From the NCBI GenBank assembly GCA_003247575.1, contig QJZC01000011.1, positions 87,874 to 151,873 on the forward strand: a stretch of 64,000 bases of DNA, given 5' to 3'. This DNA is from Pseudomonadota bacterium. GTDB taxonomy: Bacteria; Myxococcota_A; UBA9160; SZUA-336. Position 1 is the stretch's first letter. Every line of letters begins with the position of its first letter. The position numbers and the translations under genes were made by a program. Below, piece after piece: positions 28,301 through 37,786 of the stretch. The notes under the pieces were generated by a model, which ran no database searches, was not told the origin of the DNA, and worked only from the letters and a program-made list of their open reading frames with translations.

Positions 28301-29243
28301 CACACTGGTGCGAGCAGGCTTGCACGGGGATCTCGTGTATGGCCCGCGAATGATCGCCTTGATCGAGACCACGGTCTCTCCATTTCTGGCCCCGCGGCGC
28401 AATGCAGCTGCATCTGCCAGGGCGACGATCGAGGCGATGCTCGAGGTCGGCGACCTAGAGTTCGCAAACTACACGCGCTTTCTGGTTGCTCTGTACCTGG
28501 CGCTTTCGGGCGAGCGGATTGGGACGATCGATGCCCAGCTCCATTCCGTCACGGCGCTCATACGCAAAGCGGCGCATCGGTATGCCGAGCCCGAGCTGTG
28601 CCATCGACTCTACCGCCTGCTCGCCGCGGATGGGCCGCCGGCCGAGCTCTCGGCGGTGCTCGGAAGGATCGATGACGCTCTCGCCGATGCGTCCGAGTCC
28701 TCTGTGCTCTTCGTGAGTAGCATGCGCCTGATGGTCCTCTGTGTGTTCGGGCACTTCGAGCTGGCGGTCGCCGAGTCGGAACGCGTTGCGCCGCAGCTCT
28801 TCCAGGCCACCCCGTACGTGCATATCGTCGACCACTGCTTCTTCAGCGGCCTGGCCGCCGGAGTGCTCGCTGACGCCGCAGTTGGCTCCGATCGCCGAAG
28901 GCTGCGACGGATGTTGCGTTTGCAGCTCGCGCGCATGCGTCGCTGGGCGCGTCGGGGGCCGGACTTCGAGCACATGGAGTGCTTCCTGAGTGCGGAAGTC
29001 ATGCGCGTGCGCAGACGCTTCGACAGTGCCCTCAAGCTGTATATGCGCTCCAGCGAGCTCGCCTTCGCATGTGGCTACGTTCACCACGCCGGGCTGGCCA
29101 GCGAGCGGCGTGCGAGTCTGCTGGCCGAGCTGCGGAGACGTCCGGAGGCCAGCGTGGCGCTGCATGAGGCGCGGCGAGCGTACGAGAGCTGGGGATGCGC
29201 TGCCAAGCTTCGGCAGATCGACGTCCAGGACGCCATGCGCTGA
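25329..29243 (+). CDS. STAND-type protein: degenerate Ser/Thr kinase-like domain + AAA (AAA_16-like) ATPase + helical/TPR-like C-terminal region
   Basis: Kinase fold markers HREIAPENLAI (25818...), DFS, YISPEQ, DLYSLGATLYWVL. Walker A GESGTGKS (26430-26453). Walker B FVLFLDDLQWGD. About 800 aa of helical repeats follow. Track ORF starts at 25137 inside the upstream gene; the true start is probably a GTG near 25329-25344. Confidence 0.8.
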   Translation: MGPVRVHGAHRRGSAQSLARSAAWLRLLVSVADGWVGAFVFEPEGFAIKERIRSESHRDVYLACRECDQAEAVVSVYWRHESSDARAERRSEEQAVAACAGPHVPEILGTGGEREAEWIALRREPSLPLSQWVRSSPPSIAAFLNVAEQLASVLVRVHAARLIHREIAPENLAIDPDTLETSWFDFSRARSLGAEREGFVRATDRRDPRSAYISPEQSGRMNRGVDSRSDLYSLGATLYWVLLGQRTFPVEDGLAFIHALLARTPERPSCVREDVPEPVSCMLLKLLSKEPADRYQSARSLCEDLGSLREELYREGALRHHFQLARGDAPLEPHFPPKLYARENEAEMLRAQWTATRRGETRLVLISGESGTGKSALVGELGPTIAACGGYLAVGKFDTSHDQPYVAWSAAIGSYAQQLLTGTDAEVDRAKREILEGTGSLARILTDLVPDLRFVLGELPPVPALGSTETRSRITLALKRLLLACATPAHPFVLFLDDLQWGDAASLSVLDDLLEEAADAALLIVAAYRSDAAATNHRLSGVLERISRSPRHGCTLHLGALPEDAIARMLADAFGSSEADVCLLARQIGRKTAGLPLLIRQMVSHMHCRGLIAYRDGAWRADTGAASTVELPQGAIVLLVAKLRQLDTDARQLISLASCIGNTFDRGLLAELAPLPQGRIERALHGLIDAGLVETSTAGLRFAHDRIRESAQLLLSSEERHRLHYEIAMLLNRRPEPEREVRLLEIADHLSTGVQGIPASGLPDAIQLLAEAGRSALRAGAPATADRHLTTAGALLLEASSGEGPNLLDDTFSRELLFSRVEAALLCSSLDRALQLVQSLLEQPLTLMDRARAQMRCTQILALTRPVASSASHLLDALAELGMKWPMRPSRLRTVLAVLRLSIELRVRGLDAVSRACEVPDPRRMAALLLLSQGAATLGRLDVNLATLVSCWANTMNLRFGHTGRPLYTLATFGVQLFLVLGDVAMAQRIFTLVRAGLHGDLVYGPRMIALIETTVSPFLAPRRNAAASARATIEAMLEVGDLEFANYTRFLVALYLALSGERIGTIDAQLHSVTALIRKAAHRYAEPELCHRLYRLLAADGPPAELSAVLGRIDDALADASESSVLFVSSMRLMVLCVFGHFELAVAESERVAPQLFQATPYVHIVDHCFFSGLAAGVLADAAVGSDRRRLRRMLRLQLARMRRWARRGPDFEHMECFLSAEVMRVRRRFDSALKLYMRSSELAFACGYVHHAGLASERRASLLAELRRRPEASVALHEARRAYESWGCAAKLRQIDVQDAMR

Positions 29244-29684
29244 GTCGGCCCTCGGTCTTCGCTCCTCGACCCGTTCGGCCGGATGTGAGTGCCGTCACTT
29301 GCCATCGGCGGGCGCGTCTCTACCTTCTCTGCCCTCATGAGTCATGCTGAGTCAGGCGCGACGCGCGCCGCCAAGCAGGACGCTCGCTCGACCCGCCAGG
29401 GATCGAGCACGCGTCGGGGGCAACCGGGTGGCTGTCCCTGGCTGAAATCGCCCGCAGGGCGACGCCGCCCGCGGGTCGCTCGTCCTGTCCAGTCCAGGGG
29501 GAGAGCTCGCGTGACGGGTGCCCTCGAGGAGCAACCGGCGCAGCGCTGCCGGTAACGGGAAACGGGCAACGGAGATCGCGCGCCGACGCGCCCCTTAGTG
29601 AAGTCACTGCAGTCGTGGCCTGTGGCAGTCGTGATGGGGCACGAGCGTCGAGCTCGCGAACCTAGCATCGGCACGGAGTCTTTC

Positions 29685-31211
29685 ATGTGGACGTTCGGGT
29701 GGACGTGGAAGCTCGGGTGGATCTCCCTGGGCGTAGTGATAGCTGCGCTCGGGGGGCCGACGAGCGCGGTATGGGCAGACGAGCGGGTGGTCGAGCCCTT
29801 CGATCGCGCGCGCCTCATCGAGCATGCTCGGCGGCTCGCGGAGCAGCGCTATGAGCTCGTGGAGATTCCGGCGGAGAGCCCGCTCAGCAAGCTCGGCTAC
29901 GATCAATATCGAGCCATCCGCTTTCCGCGTAGCTCGGCGATCTGGAAGAGTCAGGATCGAGGCTTCGTCCTCGATCTGCTCCCGCCCGGCTTCTTGTTTC
30001 GCACGCCGGTGCGCTTGAATCTCGTGTCAGCGGGTGTCGCGAGGAGCGTGCTCTTCTCGTCGGATCTGTTCGAGTACGGTCTGGATACCGAATCGGTGCG
30101 AGAGCTTCTGGCTCCGAACTATTCGGGGTTTCGAGTTGCGTATCCCATCAACCGCGAGGATGTGTTCGACGAGTTCCTCGTCTTCCAGGGCGCGAGTTAC
30201 TTTCGCGCCGTCGGACGCGAGAACCGCTACGGAGTGTCCGCGCGAGGGCTTGCGATCGACACCGCCGCGCAAGGTGGAGAAGAGTTTCCCGTCTTCCGTG
30301 AGTTCTGGGTGGAACGTCCGCGCAGGGGGGCGCAGAGCGTTCGAATCCATGCGCTGCTCGACAGTCCGTCGGTGACGGGGGCGTACGTGTTCACGGCTAC
30401 GCCAGGCCTTCCCACGGTCATCGACGTCGAGGTCGCGCTCTTCGCGCGGCGCGAGCTGCAGTCGGTCGGACTCGCTCCGCTGACCTCGATGTTCCTGTTC
30501 GATGCGACGAACGCGCGGCGCTTCGATGACTATCGGCCCGCGGTGGCCGATTCCGATGGCCTCGCCATCGCGATGGGCAATGGTGAGCGGATCTGGCGTC
30601 CCCTGGCGAATCCTCGCCTGCTCCAGGTTTCGTCGTTCAGTGGCGACGGAGTTCGGGGCTTCGGTTTGTGTCAGCGCAAGCGACGCTTCGAAGATTTCGA
30701 GGACGACGAGGCCCGCTACGAGCTGCGGCCGTCCCTCTGGATCGAGCCTCGTGGGGACTGGGGTGCAGGTAGGGTCGAGCTCGTCGAGATTCCCACCCTG
30801 CAAGAGATTCACGACAACATCGTCGCGTATTTCAAGCCAGAGAAGCGTCTCGCGCGCGGGGAGCGTCTGGACTTCGGCTACCGCATGTTCTGGGGGAACC
30901 ACGCGCCACGCGAAGCAGCACTCGCGCGCGTGGTTGCGACACGGGTCGGTCGCGTGGGCGACTCTGGCGCGCGGCGGTTCGTGGTCGACTTCGCGGCTGC
31001 CTCGGTGCCCAGCGATCTGCGGATCGTCCTCACGAGCTCGAGCGGTCGGGTTCGCGAGTCCCATGGATCCGAGGTCGCGGCTACCGGGGCGTATCGAGTG
31101 GCCTTCGAGTTCGAGCCCGAGGGCTCGGATCCCGCCGAGCTGCGGTTGGTCTTGCTCAAGAAGGACGGAGAGAGTTGGGCGGAGACATGGCTTTACCGAT
31201 GGACTCGTTGA
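29685..31211 (+). CDS. opgG: Periplasmic glucan biosynthesis protein OpgG (MdoG)
   Basis: Signal peptide from ATG 29685. Motifs: YDQYRAIRF, FRVAYPINREDVFDEFLVFQGASYFRAVGRENRYGVSARGLAIDT, GEEFPVFREFWVERP. Confidence 0.9.
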   Translation: MWTFGWTWKLGWISLGVVIAALGGPTSAVWADERVVEPFDRARLIEHARRLAEQRYELVEIPAESPLSKLGYDQYRAIRFPRSSAIWKSQDRGFVLDLLPPGFLFRTPVRLNLVSAGVARSVLFSSDLFEYGLDTESVRELLAPNYSGFRVAYPINREDVFDEFLVFQGASYFRAVGRENRYGVSARGLAIDTAAQGGEEFPVFREFWVERPRRGAQSVRIHALLDSPSVTGAYVFTATPGLPTVIDVEVALFARRELQSVGLAPLTSMFLFDATNARRFDDYRPAVADSDGLAIAMGNGERIWRPLANPRLLQVSSFSGDGVRGFGLCQRKRRFEDFEDDEARYELRPSLWIEPRGDWGAGRVELVEIPTLQEIHDNIVAYFKPEKRLARGERLDFGYRMFWGNHAPREAALARVVATRVGRVGDSGARRFVVDFAAASVPSDLRIVLTSSSGRVRESHGSEVAATGAYRVAFEFEPEGSDPAELRLVLLKKDGESWAETWLYRWTR

Positions 31212-33319
31212 TACCGGTTTCGGGTGCGGTGCCGGAGCTCGCACCGCTCTCGATGCCGACACAGAGTTTCGAGGCTCGCGTTCCCGGCCGTGCGCTCGCG
31301 CGTACGGCGACCACGCGGATCGCCCGCGGAATCTGTATCTCGGGCACCCTCGCGCTCACGGCCTACGCGGGACACGAGATGTGGCGAATCGTATCGCCGG
31401 CGCGTGTGACCGGACTGCAGTGGGCGCTGGTGGCCCTGTTCACAGTCACGTTTGCGTGGATCGCCTTGGCGGCGTCGAGCGCCTTGGCCGGAGTGCTTCT
31501 GGGGGGGCGTATGCGGCGGCCGTTCCGACCGGATGCGCAATCGAGTGGAGGTCCGTCGGGCTCGCGGACCGCCTTGATCATGCCGGTCTACAACGAAGAT
31601 CCAGCTCGTACCTGCGCTGCGCTGCGTGCCATTGCGCTAGGGCTCGACGAGCGGGGTGCCGCTGCGGGATTCGAAATCTTCGTCCTTTCCGACAGCAACG
31701 ACTCCGAGCTGTTCCTGCGTGAGACCGCGGCGATGAGCTATCTGCGTGAAGCCTTGGCGACCACGATGCCCGTCTGGTACCGGCATCGCCGCCAGAATTC
31801 CGGGCGCAAGGCCGGCAACGTGCGCGACTTCGTCGAGCGCTGGGGAGCGCGCTACGACTACATGGTCGTGCTCGACGCCGACAGTCTCATGAGCGGGAGT
31901 ACGATCCTGGAGCTGGTACGCGACTTGGACGAGGACCCGCGCTGTGCGCTCGTTCAGACCGTTCCGAGGCTGCATCGCGCCGACACCTTCTTCGGGCGCC
32001 TACAGCAGTTCGCGAGCGCGATCTACGGACCCGTGGTTGCCCGCGGCGTCGCCTGCTGGCAGGGGAGCGACGGAAACTATTGGGGCCACAACGCGATCCT
32101 GCGCGTAGACGCCTTCGCGGCCTCGGCGGGATTGCCCGTGCTCGCGGGGCGGAAGCCGTTTGGCGGCGACATCCTTTCGCATGACTTCGTCGAGGCGGCA
32201 CTATTGCGCCGCGCGGGGTGGGGTGTCCGCATGCGACCGGACCTCGGCGGGTCGTGGGAGGAGAGCCCACCGACATTGCACGAAGTCTCGGTGCGTGATC
32301 GGCGTTGGGCGCAGGGGAACCTACAGCATCTCGGACTGCTTCGGAGCAAGGGACTGGCAGCCGCAAGTCGGGCGCACTTCCTGATCGGGGTCATGAGCTA
32401 CGCGGCCTCACCGCTCTGGCTCTGCCTGGTGACGATCGGGTTGCTGCTGACCGTGCAGGTGGCTACGACGGAGCCTCGGTACTTCGGGTCCGAGCCGACC
32501 TTGTTCCCGCATTGGCCGGTATTCGACTCGCGCCGAATGGTGCGACTGTTCGAGTTGACCTTGGTGGTGCTCATGATCCCGAAGCTGATCGGAATCCTCC
32601 GGGCATTGCTCGTTCCGTCGCTGCGCCGAGGGGTCGGAGCGTTGCGCCTGGTAGCCGGAGCGGTCGTGGAGACGATCTTCTCGGCGTTGTACGCGCCCAT
32701 CTTCATGCTGACCCAGAGCCGGCAGCTGATCGAGATCCTGCTGGGGCGAGACTCCGGGTGGAGGCCGCAGCAACGCACGCAGCAGAGAGAAGGCTGGCGC
32801 TGTCTATTCGTGCGGTATGCCTGGCACATGTCCTTGGGCTGGAGCGTGGCTGTCGGAGTGCAGGCGATCTCTCCTAGGATGGTCGTCTGGATCGCCCCCA
32901 CCTTGCTCGGAGCGATGCTGGCGGTCCCACTGGCCCGTCTCGCAGCCAGCCGCCGACTGGCGCGCGTCTGTAGATTTGTGGGACTGCTGGCCGTTTCGGA
33001 CGAGCGGGTACCGAGCCGCGAAGTATTGGAGCAAGATCGGATGCGCGTGCTCGTGGACGTGGAGCTGTCCGAGCTGAGCTGGAACGCTCTCCTCCACAAC
33101 GAAAAATTCCGCGCGCGACACGTGGATTGGCTCGCCGACCCGCCCAAGCCGGAACGCGCGCTTCCCGACACGTTGCGCGCCACTGCCGAGCTCAAGATCC
33201 GCGAGGCGGCGAACGCCGGTGAAGCACTCGAGTGGATGTCGGAGGCCGAGAAGATCGCCGTCCTCGATGATGCTCGACTCCTGGAGTCACTCGCGCGAGC
33301 CGGAGCCGAGACTGCGTAG
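31187..33319 (+). CDS. opgH: Glucans biosynthesis glucosyltransferase OpgH (MdoH)
   Basis: GT2 core: LIMPVYNEDP, VLSDSND, RRQNSGRKAGNVRDF, YMVVLDADSLM, YWGHNAILRV, ILSHDFVEAALLRRAGW, RDRRWAQGNLQH, flanked by TM segments. Overlaps the opgG stop. Start could be 31175, 31187 or 31199. Confidence 0.9.
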   Translation: MALPMDSLIPVSGAVPELAPLSMPTQSFEARVPGRALARTATTRIARGICISGTLALTAYAGHEMWRIVSPARVTGLQWALVALFTVTFAWIALAASSALAGVLLGGRMRRPFRPDAQSSGGPSGSRTALIMPVYNEDPARTCAALRAIALGLDERGAAAGFEIFVLSDSNDSELFLRETAAMSYLREALATTMPVWYRHRRQNSGRKAGNVRDFVERWGARYDYMVVLDADSLMSGSTILELVRDLDEDPRCALVQTVPRLHRADTFFGRLQQFASAIYGPVVARGVACWQGSDGNYWGHNAILRVDAFAASAGLPVLAGRKPFGGDILSHDFVEAALLRRAGWGVRMRPDLGGSWEESPPTLHEVSVRDRRWAQGNLQHLGLLRSKGLAAASRAHFLIGVMSYAASPLWLCLVTIGLLLTVQVATTEPRYFGSEPTLFPHWPVFDSRRMVRLFELTLVVLMIPKLIGILRALLVPSLRRGVGALRLVAGAVVETIFSALYAPIFMLTQSRQLIEILLGRDSGWRPQQRTQQREGWRCLFVRYAWHMSLGWSVAVGVQAISPRMVVWIAPTLLGAMLAVPLARLAASRRLARVCRFVGLLAVSDERVPSREVLEQDRMRVLVDVELSELSWNALLHNEKFRARHVDWLADPPKPERALPDTLRATAELKIREAANAGEALEWMSEAEKIAVLDDARLLESLARAGAETA

Positions 33320-33539
33320 AAGGGAGCTCTGCGCCGACATGGTGGAATCGCCCTACGGGAGTTGCTGGCGGTAAGACCGAGGAGCGAGGGGAAGCAACCC
33401 ATACCGCGCGTTCTTCCTCCTCTATCGGAGCGTGCACGGGACGGGCTACGATCCAACCTTGTGGTTCGGTCGCGCGGGCGGGGCTTGCGCATCCGTAGAT
33501 TCGACTTCTTCACATCCGGCTAGGCAACAAGGAGGCTCC

Positions 33540-34409
33540 ATGACCCAAGACCGTCGCACTCGTGCCGCGGGACTGCGTCCCATCGCCGAGGTCGAAGAGC
33601 TACTCGCCTCGAAGCCGCTTACTGGGCTACAGAAGCACTTGGTGGCGTTCATCGACGTCGCGCGCAGCCGCGAGCTCGAGAGGCTCGTCATCACGGAGGC
33701 GTCCACGGCGGAGCTGCTGCGCGCGCTCGGAGTCGGGACCGTGATCGGGGCAAGGCTCATGGTCGCTGCACTCGCCCGAATTCAGAAGACCGACGGAGAG
33801 GTAGAGTTCGCTCGCGTGCACGAGGGTATTCGCGCTGATCTCGCAGGCCCGAACGCGCATACCGGGATCTACCGGGTCGAAGCGACGACCGAGAGCGATA
33901 TCGGTGAGATCGATCCAGACGCCGCAGCCTCCTTCTGGCTCGAGGTGACGCGCGGGAAGCGGTACCTCACGGGGGAGGATCTCGATCTGTTCGTGCGAGG
34001 TGAATCGTTGCTCAGTCTGGGGCTCGTTCGCTTCCACAAGGTGGGTCGCGTGATCAATCGCTTCGAGTTCCAGCTCTTCTTCGATGTCGCGGCGCAGGTC
34101 AGTGGAGCCGGGAAGCGGGTGCTGACCGAGGACCGCTTCCTCAGCTTTCTCGATGGCTCGATCTGGCGGGACCTCGCCGAGGCTCGCCGGGAGGACCGCT
34201 TGTACGTCGCACCGCCACCTCGGGAAGCCGCCACGCAGCGTGTGGCGGAGTACATCCGTCAGCGGGCGGACGGCAACCAGGAGGGGGATTCCGGTCCGAA
34301 TCTCGAGATCGACGAGAAGCGCTCCTTGCGCGAGCAACGGCGTACCAAGTTGATTCTGCCCGTGCTCCTGCAGCCCATGGCCGACCTTCTCGATCTGGGC
34401 TTCCGCTAG
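33540..34409 (+). CDS. Hypothetical protein (289 aa), no recognised domain
   Basis: ATG at 33540 lies 5 nt after AAGGAGG. GC3-rich frame. No family recognised by eye. Confidence 0.6.
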   Translation: MTQDRRTRAAGLRPIAEVEELLASKPLTGLQKHLVAFIDVARSRELERLVITEASTAELLRALGVGTVIGARLMVAALARIQKTDGEVEFARVHEGIRADLAGPNAHTGIYRVEATTESDIGEIDPDAAASFWLEVTRGKRYLTGEDLDLFVRGESLLSLGLVRFHKVGRVINRFEFQLFFDVAAQVSGAGKRVLTEDRFLSFLDGSIWRDLAEARREDRLYVAPPPREAATQRVAEYIRQRADGNQEGDSGPNLEIDEKRSLREQRRTKLILPVLLQPMADLLDLGFR

Positions 34410-34701
34410 CTGCTCTCGGTCTCTGCTGGCTGGCCGAGCCGGGGTAGTTCTTCTGCGAGCCGCGTACACCGAGTCTGCGCCTCCGGTGCAGCGGTCTGTG
34501 GCCTGCTGTCTCGCACCGGAGGCTCGTTTCGACAAGGGCCGCCAATCTGCGCAGATACCGGAATGGGGCTTTCGGTGGAGGCGGCCTTGGGCCTCGATCG
34601 GGCTTGAAGTGTGCCCTTCGCTCGTGCAAGCTCAGCCCGTGTCTCGACAGTCGAGATTCCCGGGCTGACTAGACGTCAGGCTGACCAGACGGAGAGGACG
34701 G

Positions 34702-36228
34702 ATGCAGAGGAGCGTTCGGCGCGGCGGCATGACCGCGAGTCGCTCTCGTGCGCGGGCGCGCGTGGTTTCGCCGGCCGCGACCCCGTCCAACTGGCACGTC
34801 TCGCCCGCAGTAGACCTTTTGGGCTACGCCTTCAGCTGGGCCTTCGTGGCGATCCCAGCCTTTCTGGTTCTACCTTCGGAAGGCTATGGCGCACTGCTCG
34901 TGTACGCGGTCACGATCCTGCTGATCGATCTGCATCGCCACTACACACTGCCCTATGTATATCTCGACGGCCACGTTCGGCAAAGCTACCCGGTGCGCTT
35001 CTATGTGATCCCACTGTTGTTCCTAGTGCTCTGGACGCAGACTCCCGGTTGGGCGAGCAGCTACCGCGTCGTCGGAGGCTCGGCGGGCGTTGCGATGGCC
35101 GCCTGGCTATGGGTCAGTATCCAGCTCGTTCGACAGGATCGAGGGGGGACGTTTCAGCGGCGCGTGGCCATCCCGATGTATCTCGGAGGGATGGCGCTGG
35201 CCGCAACGGCAACCGTGGCGCAGGGCTCGCTGCTGTCGGGGGGGGGAGCGCTTGCGCAGGGCTGGGGCTGGCTCGCGGCCGCGGTCGGCGTCTCGTTCGC
35301 TCTGCACCGTCTCGTCTCTCAGGATGAGCCCGGCGACGCAGCTTCGGGGGCGCGTACGCACTGGATGTTCCCGGTGGGCACGAGCGTGCTCGCGCTACTC
35401 ACCTTGATTCCGGCCGTCCGCAGTTCAGAGCTTCCCGTGCGCGCCCCTACGAGCCTGCTCTACCTGACGTTCGCCCTCTGGCAGACCTACCACGTGCTGA
35501 TGCAGAAGTACGGGATTCTGCGCATCTACAGTGCAAAGTCTGGGCAGTCCGAGAAGGTGCCCGGCTGGGTGGACCGGCTCTTGATCTTCAGCATCGTGGC
35601 TCCGTTCCTGATCTGGGCCGGAGGCTCGCAGCTCGAGATGGTGAAGCTGCTTCTCGACCGGAACGCGGACTCCGCGGCCGTCCTGATCCCTCCGCTGTCG
35701 TTTCTGGGCCGGCACTTCGTGGGCTTCATGGCAGTGGGCTGCGGCTTCCTCGCCATCTGCGTCGGAGTCTTCGCCTGGTACGAGTGGAAGGTGCACGGCC
35801 TCCGCAATGCTCCGCGGCTGTGGTTCGCCCTCGGAACCCTGGGCCTCTACGCGAGCCTGTTCCCGCTCGGCGTGGTGAATGCATACGTCGTCTTCGCCAC
35901 CGGTCATGCGATCGAGTACATGGTGTTCATCTGGGCCTTCCAGCGCCGTCGCTATGCGTCCGACGGCTTCCAGGACGTGACCTTGAGCCGGCTGCTCAGG
36001 CGTCCGCTCCTGTTCTATCTGAGCTTTACGCTGATCATCACCTCGGTGGTCCTCTACGGGCGCTACGGTACCGAGATTCCAGGGCTGCAGTCGCTGCCTG
36101 CTACGATCTTCGGGGAGACCCCTCGCACCTGGATCATCTGGTATACGCTCTACCAAGGGGTGCTTCACTTCTACTACGACGGTTTCCTGTGGAAGCTGCG
36201 TCGCCCGGCGCTGCGCGCCCAGATGTAG
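34702..36228 (+). CDS. Polytopic membrane protein of unknown function (~500 aa)
   Basis: Many hydrophobic segments. Recurrent His-containing motifs: HRHYTLPYVYLD, WQTYHVLMQKYGILRIY, GHAIEYMVFIWAFQRR, VLHFYYDGFLWKLRRP. No family recognised. Confidence 0.65.
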   Translation: MQRSVRRGGMTASRSRARARVVSPAATPSNWHVSPAVDLLGYAFSWAFVAIPAFLVLPSEGYGALLVYAVTILLIDLHRHYTLPYVYLDGHVRQSYPVRFYVIPLLFLVLWTQTPGWASSYRVVGGSAGVAMAAWLWVSIQLVRQDRGGTFQRRVAIPMYLGGMALAATATVAQGSLLSGGGALAQGWGWLAAAVGVSFALHRLVSQDEPGDAASGARTHWMFPVGTSVLALLTLIPAVRSSELPVRAPTSLLYLTFALWQTYHVLMQKYGILRIYSAKSGQSEKVPGWVDRLLIFSIVAPFLIWAGGSQLEMVKLLLDRNADSAAVLIPPLSFLGRHFVGFMAVGCGFLAICVGVFAWYEWKVHGLRNAPRLWFALGTLGLYASLFPLGVVNAYVVFATGHAIEYMVFIWAFQRRRYASDGFQDVTLSRLLRRPLLFYLSFTLIITSVVLYGRYGTEIPGLQSLPATIFGETPRTWIIWYTLYQGVLHFYYDGFLWKLRRPALRAQM

Positions 36229-36251
36229 AGGTTGCGTCCTCCGGACGCGGA

Positions 36252-37544
36252 TCACTCCAACAGGTGCTGGATCTCGTCCTCCAGGGCCTGGAGATCGAGG
36301 CGATTCAGAAAGTTCGAATAGGCCATCCAAGAGGTCAGCCCCGCTGGCTGTTCGAGCTGCGGTGGCAGATGGAGCCCATCCGTCACCAGCCCACGCCGGT
36401 GCAGCGCGACGAGGTCGGGAATGTCTGCCAGCGCGAGCTTTCCGCAGAAGAGCAGTCGGACGCGGTCTAGAGCTCCGCGACGGACTGCGAGCCGGATGAA
36501 GTTGTAGATCTCGACGAACCCCCGGCTATAGGCGAGATCCTTGGTGAAGGGACCTCCATCGGGAGTGCTGCCTCGATACACACGGACGCAGGTCGGATAC
36601 GCCTCTTCCGCGCTACGGCCTTCCTCGCGCAGACGCTCGAAGGCGTCGAGAAAGGTTGCGCCGGCCTCGGCCCAGTGGATGGCCCGGATCCGATCGGTGA
36701 CACGCCGCAGCCTGCGAGGATGGGCACTGAAGGAGATGAGCTCCATGAAGAGTGCGAGCCCTTCTTGCGTGATGGTGGTCGACGGAGTTCCCTTGGCGAG
36801 AAACGTGCACCAGGGCTGTGCCTGGCCGGATAGGGTCGTGCCCACGTGGACCCACCCTTCGTGCACCTCGAGCACGCGCAGGTCGGTCGAGCGAAACTTG
36901 GCGGTGGCGCGGAGCTTGATGTAGTCGGACCCTGCTGCGGCATCTGCCACGATCCCGTCGTCGAGCCGGACGCGCACGTGCATGCCACTGGAGCCGAAGA
37001 AATCGTCCAGGCGCTCCTGGAGAACGCGTACGCCATCGATCGCGGGGATCGAAGGCGTTTCGGCCTCGTAGAAAGCCGACTCGTCGAGCTTCCGCAGCAC
37101 GGCGTCGAGCATCGAGGCGAGCTCGAGCAGGGACGGACCCCCCGTGTGGAAGGGATCACTTGCGCGCCCGAAGAGCTGGGCCGACACCTCGTGGAAGTGC
37201 GGAGTCCCGCGTGCTTCCAGCATCTCGAGAACCAGCAGATACTCGCGGCACATGCGAGACATCAGGCGCCCAGCTGGATCGGAAGCTCCCAGATCGGAGT
37301 CGATCTCGAGCAAGAGCGCTTCGAGAGTGTCCCGCGACGCTCCGAGCTTCTCCGCTAGGGGGCGCGCCATGTAGTAGGCGCGATCGACGCAAGGCAGCGC
37401 ACGGAACTGATTCCGAAAGAACTCCTCGCGCACCGCGTCGTCCCATTTGATGGCGTCCAGGATCCGAATGGGTCCCTGTGCGGTGACCAGGCGATCCGAG
37501 AGACTGCGGACCCTGGCAGCGTATTCCTGTTCGTGTGGCTCCAC
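36252..37544 (-). CDS. QEGLA-motif protein (DUF1704 / flavohemoglobin expression-modulating, carboxypeptidase-like family)
   Basis: 430 aa. Contains the eponymous ITQEGLALFMELISF motif and LEVHEGWVHVGT. Confidence 0.8.
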   Translation of the reverse strand: MEPHEQEYAARVRSLSDRLVTAQGPIRILDAIKWDDAVREEFFRNQFRALPCVDRAYYMARPLAEKLGASRDTLEALLLEIDSDLGASDPAGRLMSRMCREYLLVLEMLEARGTPHFHEVSAQLFGRASDPFHTGGPSLLELASMLDAVLRKLDESAFYEAETPSIPAIDGVRVLQERLDDFFGSSGMHVRVRLDDGIVADAAAGSDYIKLRATAKFRSTDLRVLEVHEGWVHVGTTLSGQAQPWCTFLAKGTPSTTITQEGLALFMELISFSAHPRRLRRVTDRIRAIHWAEAGATFLDAFERLREEGRSAEEAYPTCVRVYRGSTPDGGPFTKDLAYSRGFVEIYNFIRLAVRRGALDRVRLLFCGKLALADIPDLVALHRRGLVTDGLHLPPQLEQPAGLTSWMAYSNFLNRLDLQALEDEIQHLLE

Positions 37545-37786
37545 GTCGAGAGTGTACGCGCTTCGAGCATTCGAACCACTCGCGCACAGAAAATGCTCGC
37601 GAAGACATTACTGCGGCGCGACTGGATTCCTCTGGGTCCCGGTACCCAGGGGAGATGTCGCGCGATATATTGGCCCCCAGAGCGCGCCGTATGTGAGCTG
37701 CGGGCCGGTTCCGAGCTCTCCGTTGGTGTTGTTCGCGGAGCCTGACTCCCCCTAGCAAGCGTGTGTCCGCCTCGGAGGTCCACTCG

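Noticed and set aside
29338-29354. Direct repeat TGAGTCA-TGC-TGAGTCA in the 440-nt region upstream of opgG
   Set aside because: It is short and ~330 nt from the start codon, with no supporting context. It may be a chance occurrence.
37649-37751. Possible yybP-ykoY (Mn) riboswitch upstream of the TerC-family gene
   Set aside because: GGGGAG (37649-37654) can pair with CUCCCC (37746-37751), and TerC genes are known targets of this riboswitch. However, the conserved GGGGAGUAG context and the 3' UUGACAUA-type element are not present. Unsupported without a cmsearch hit.
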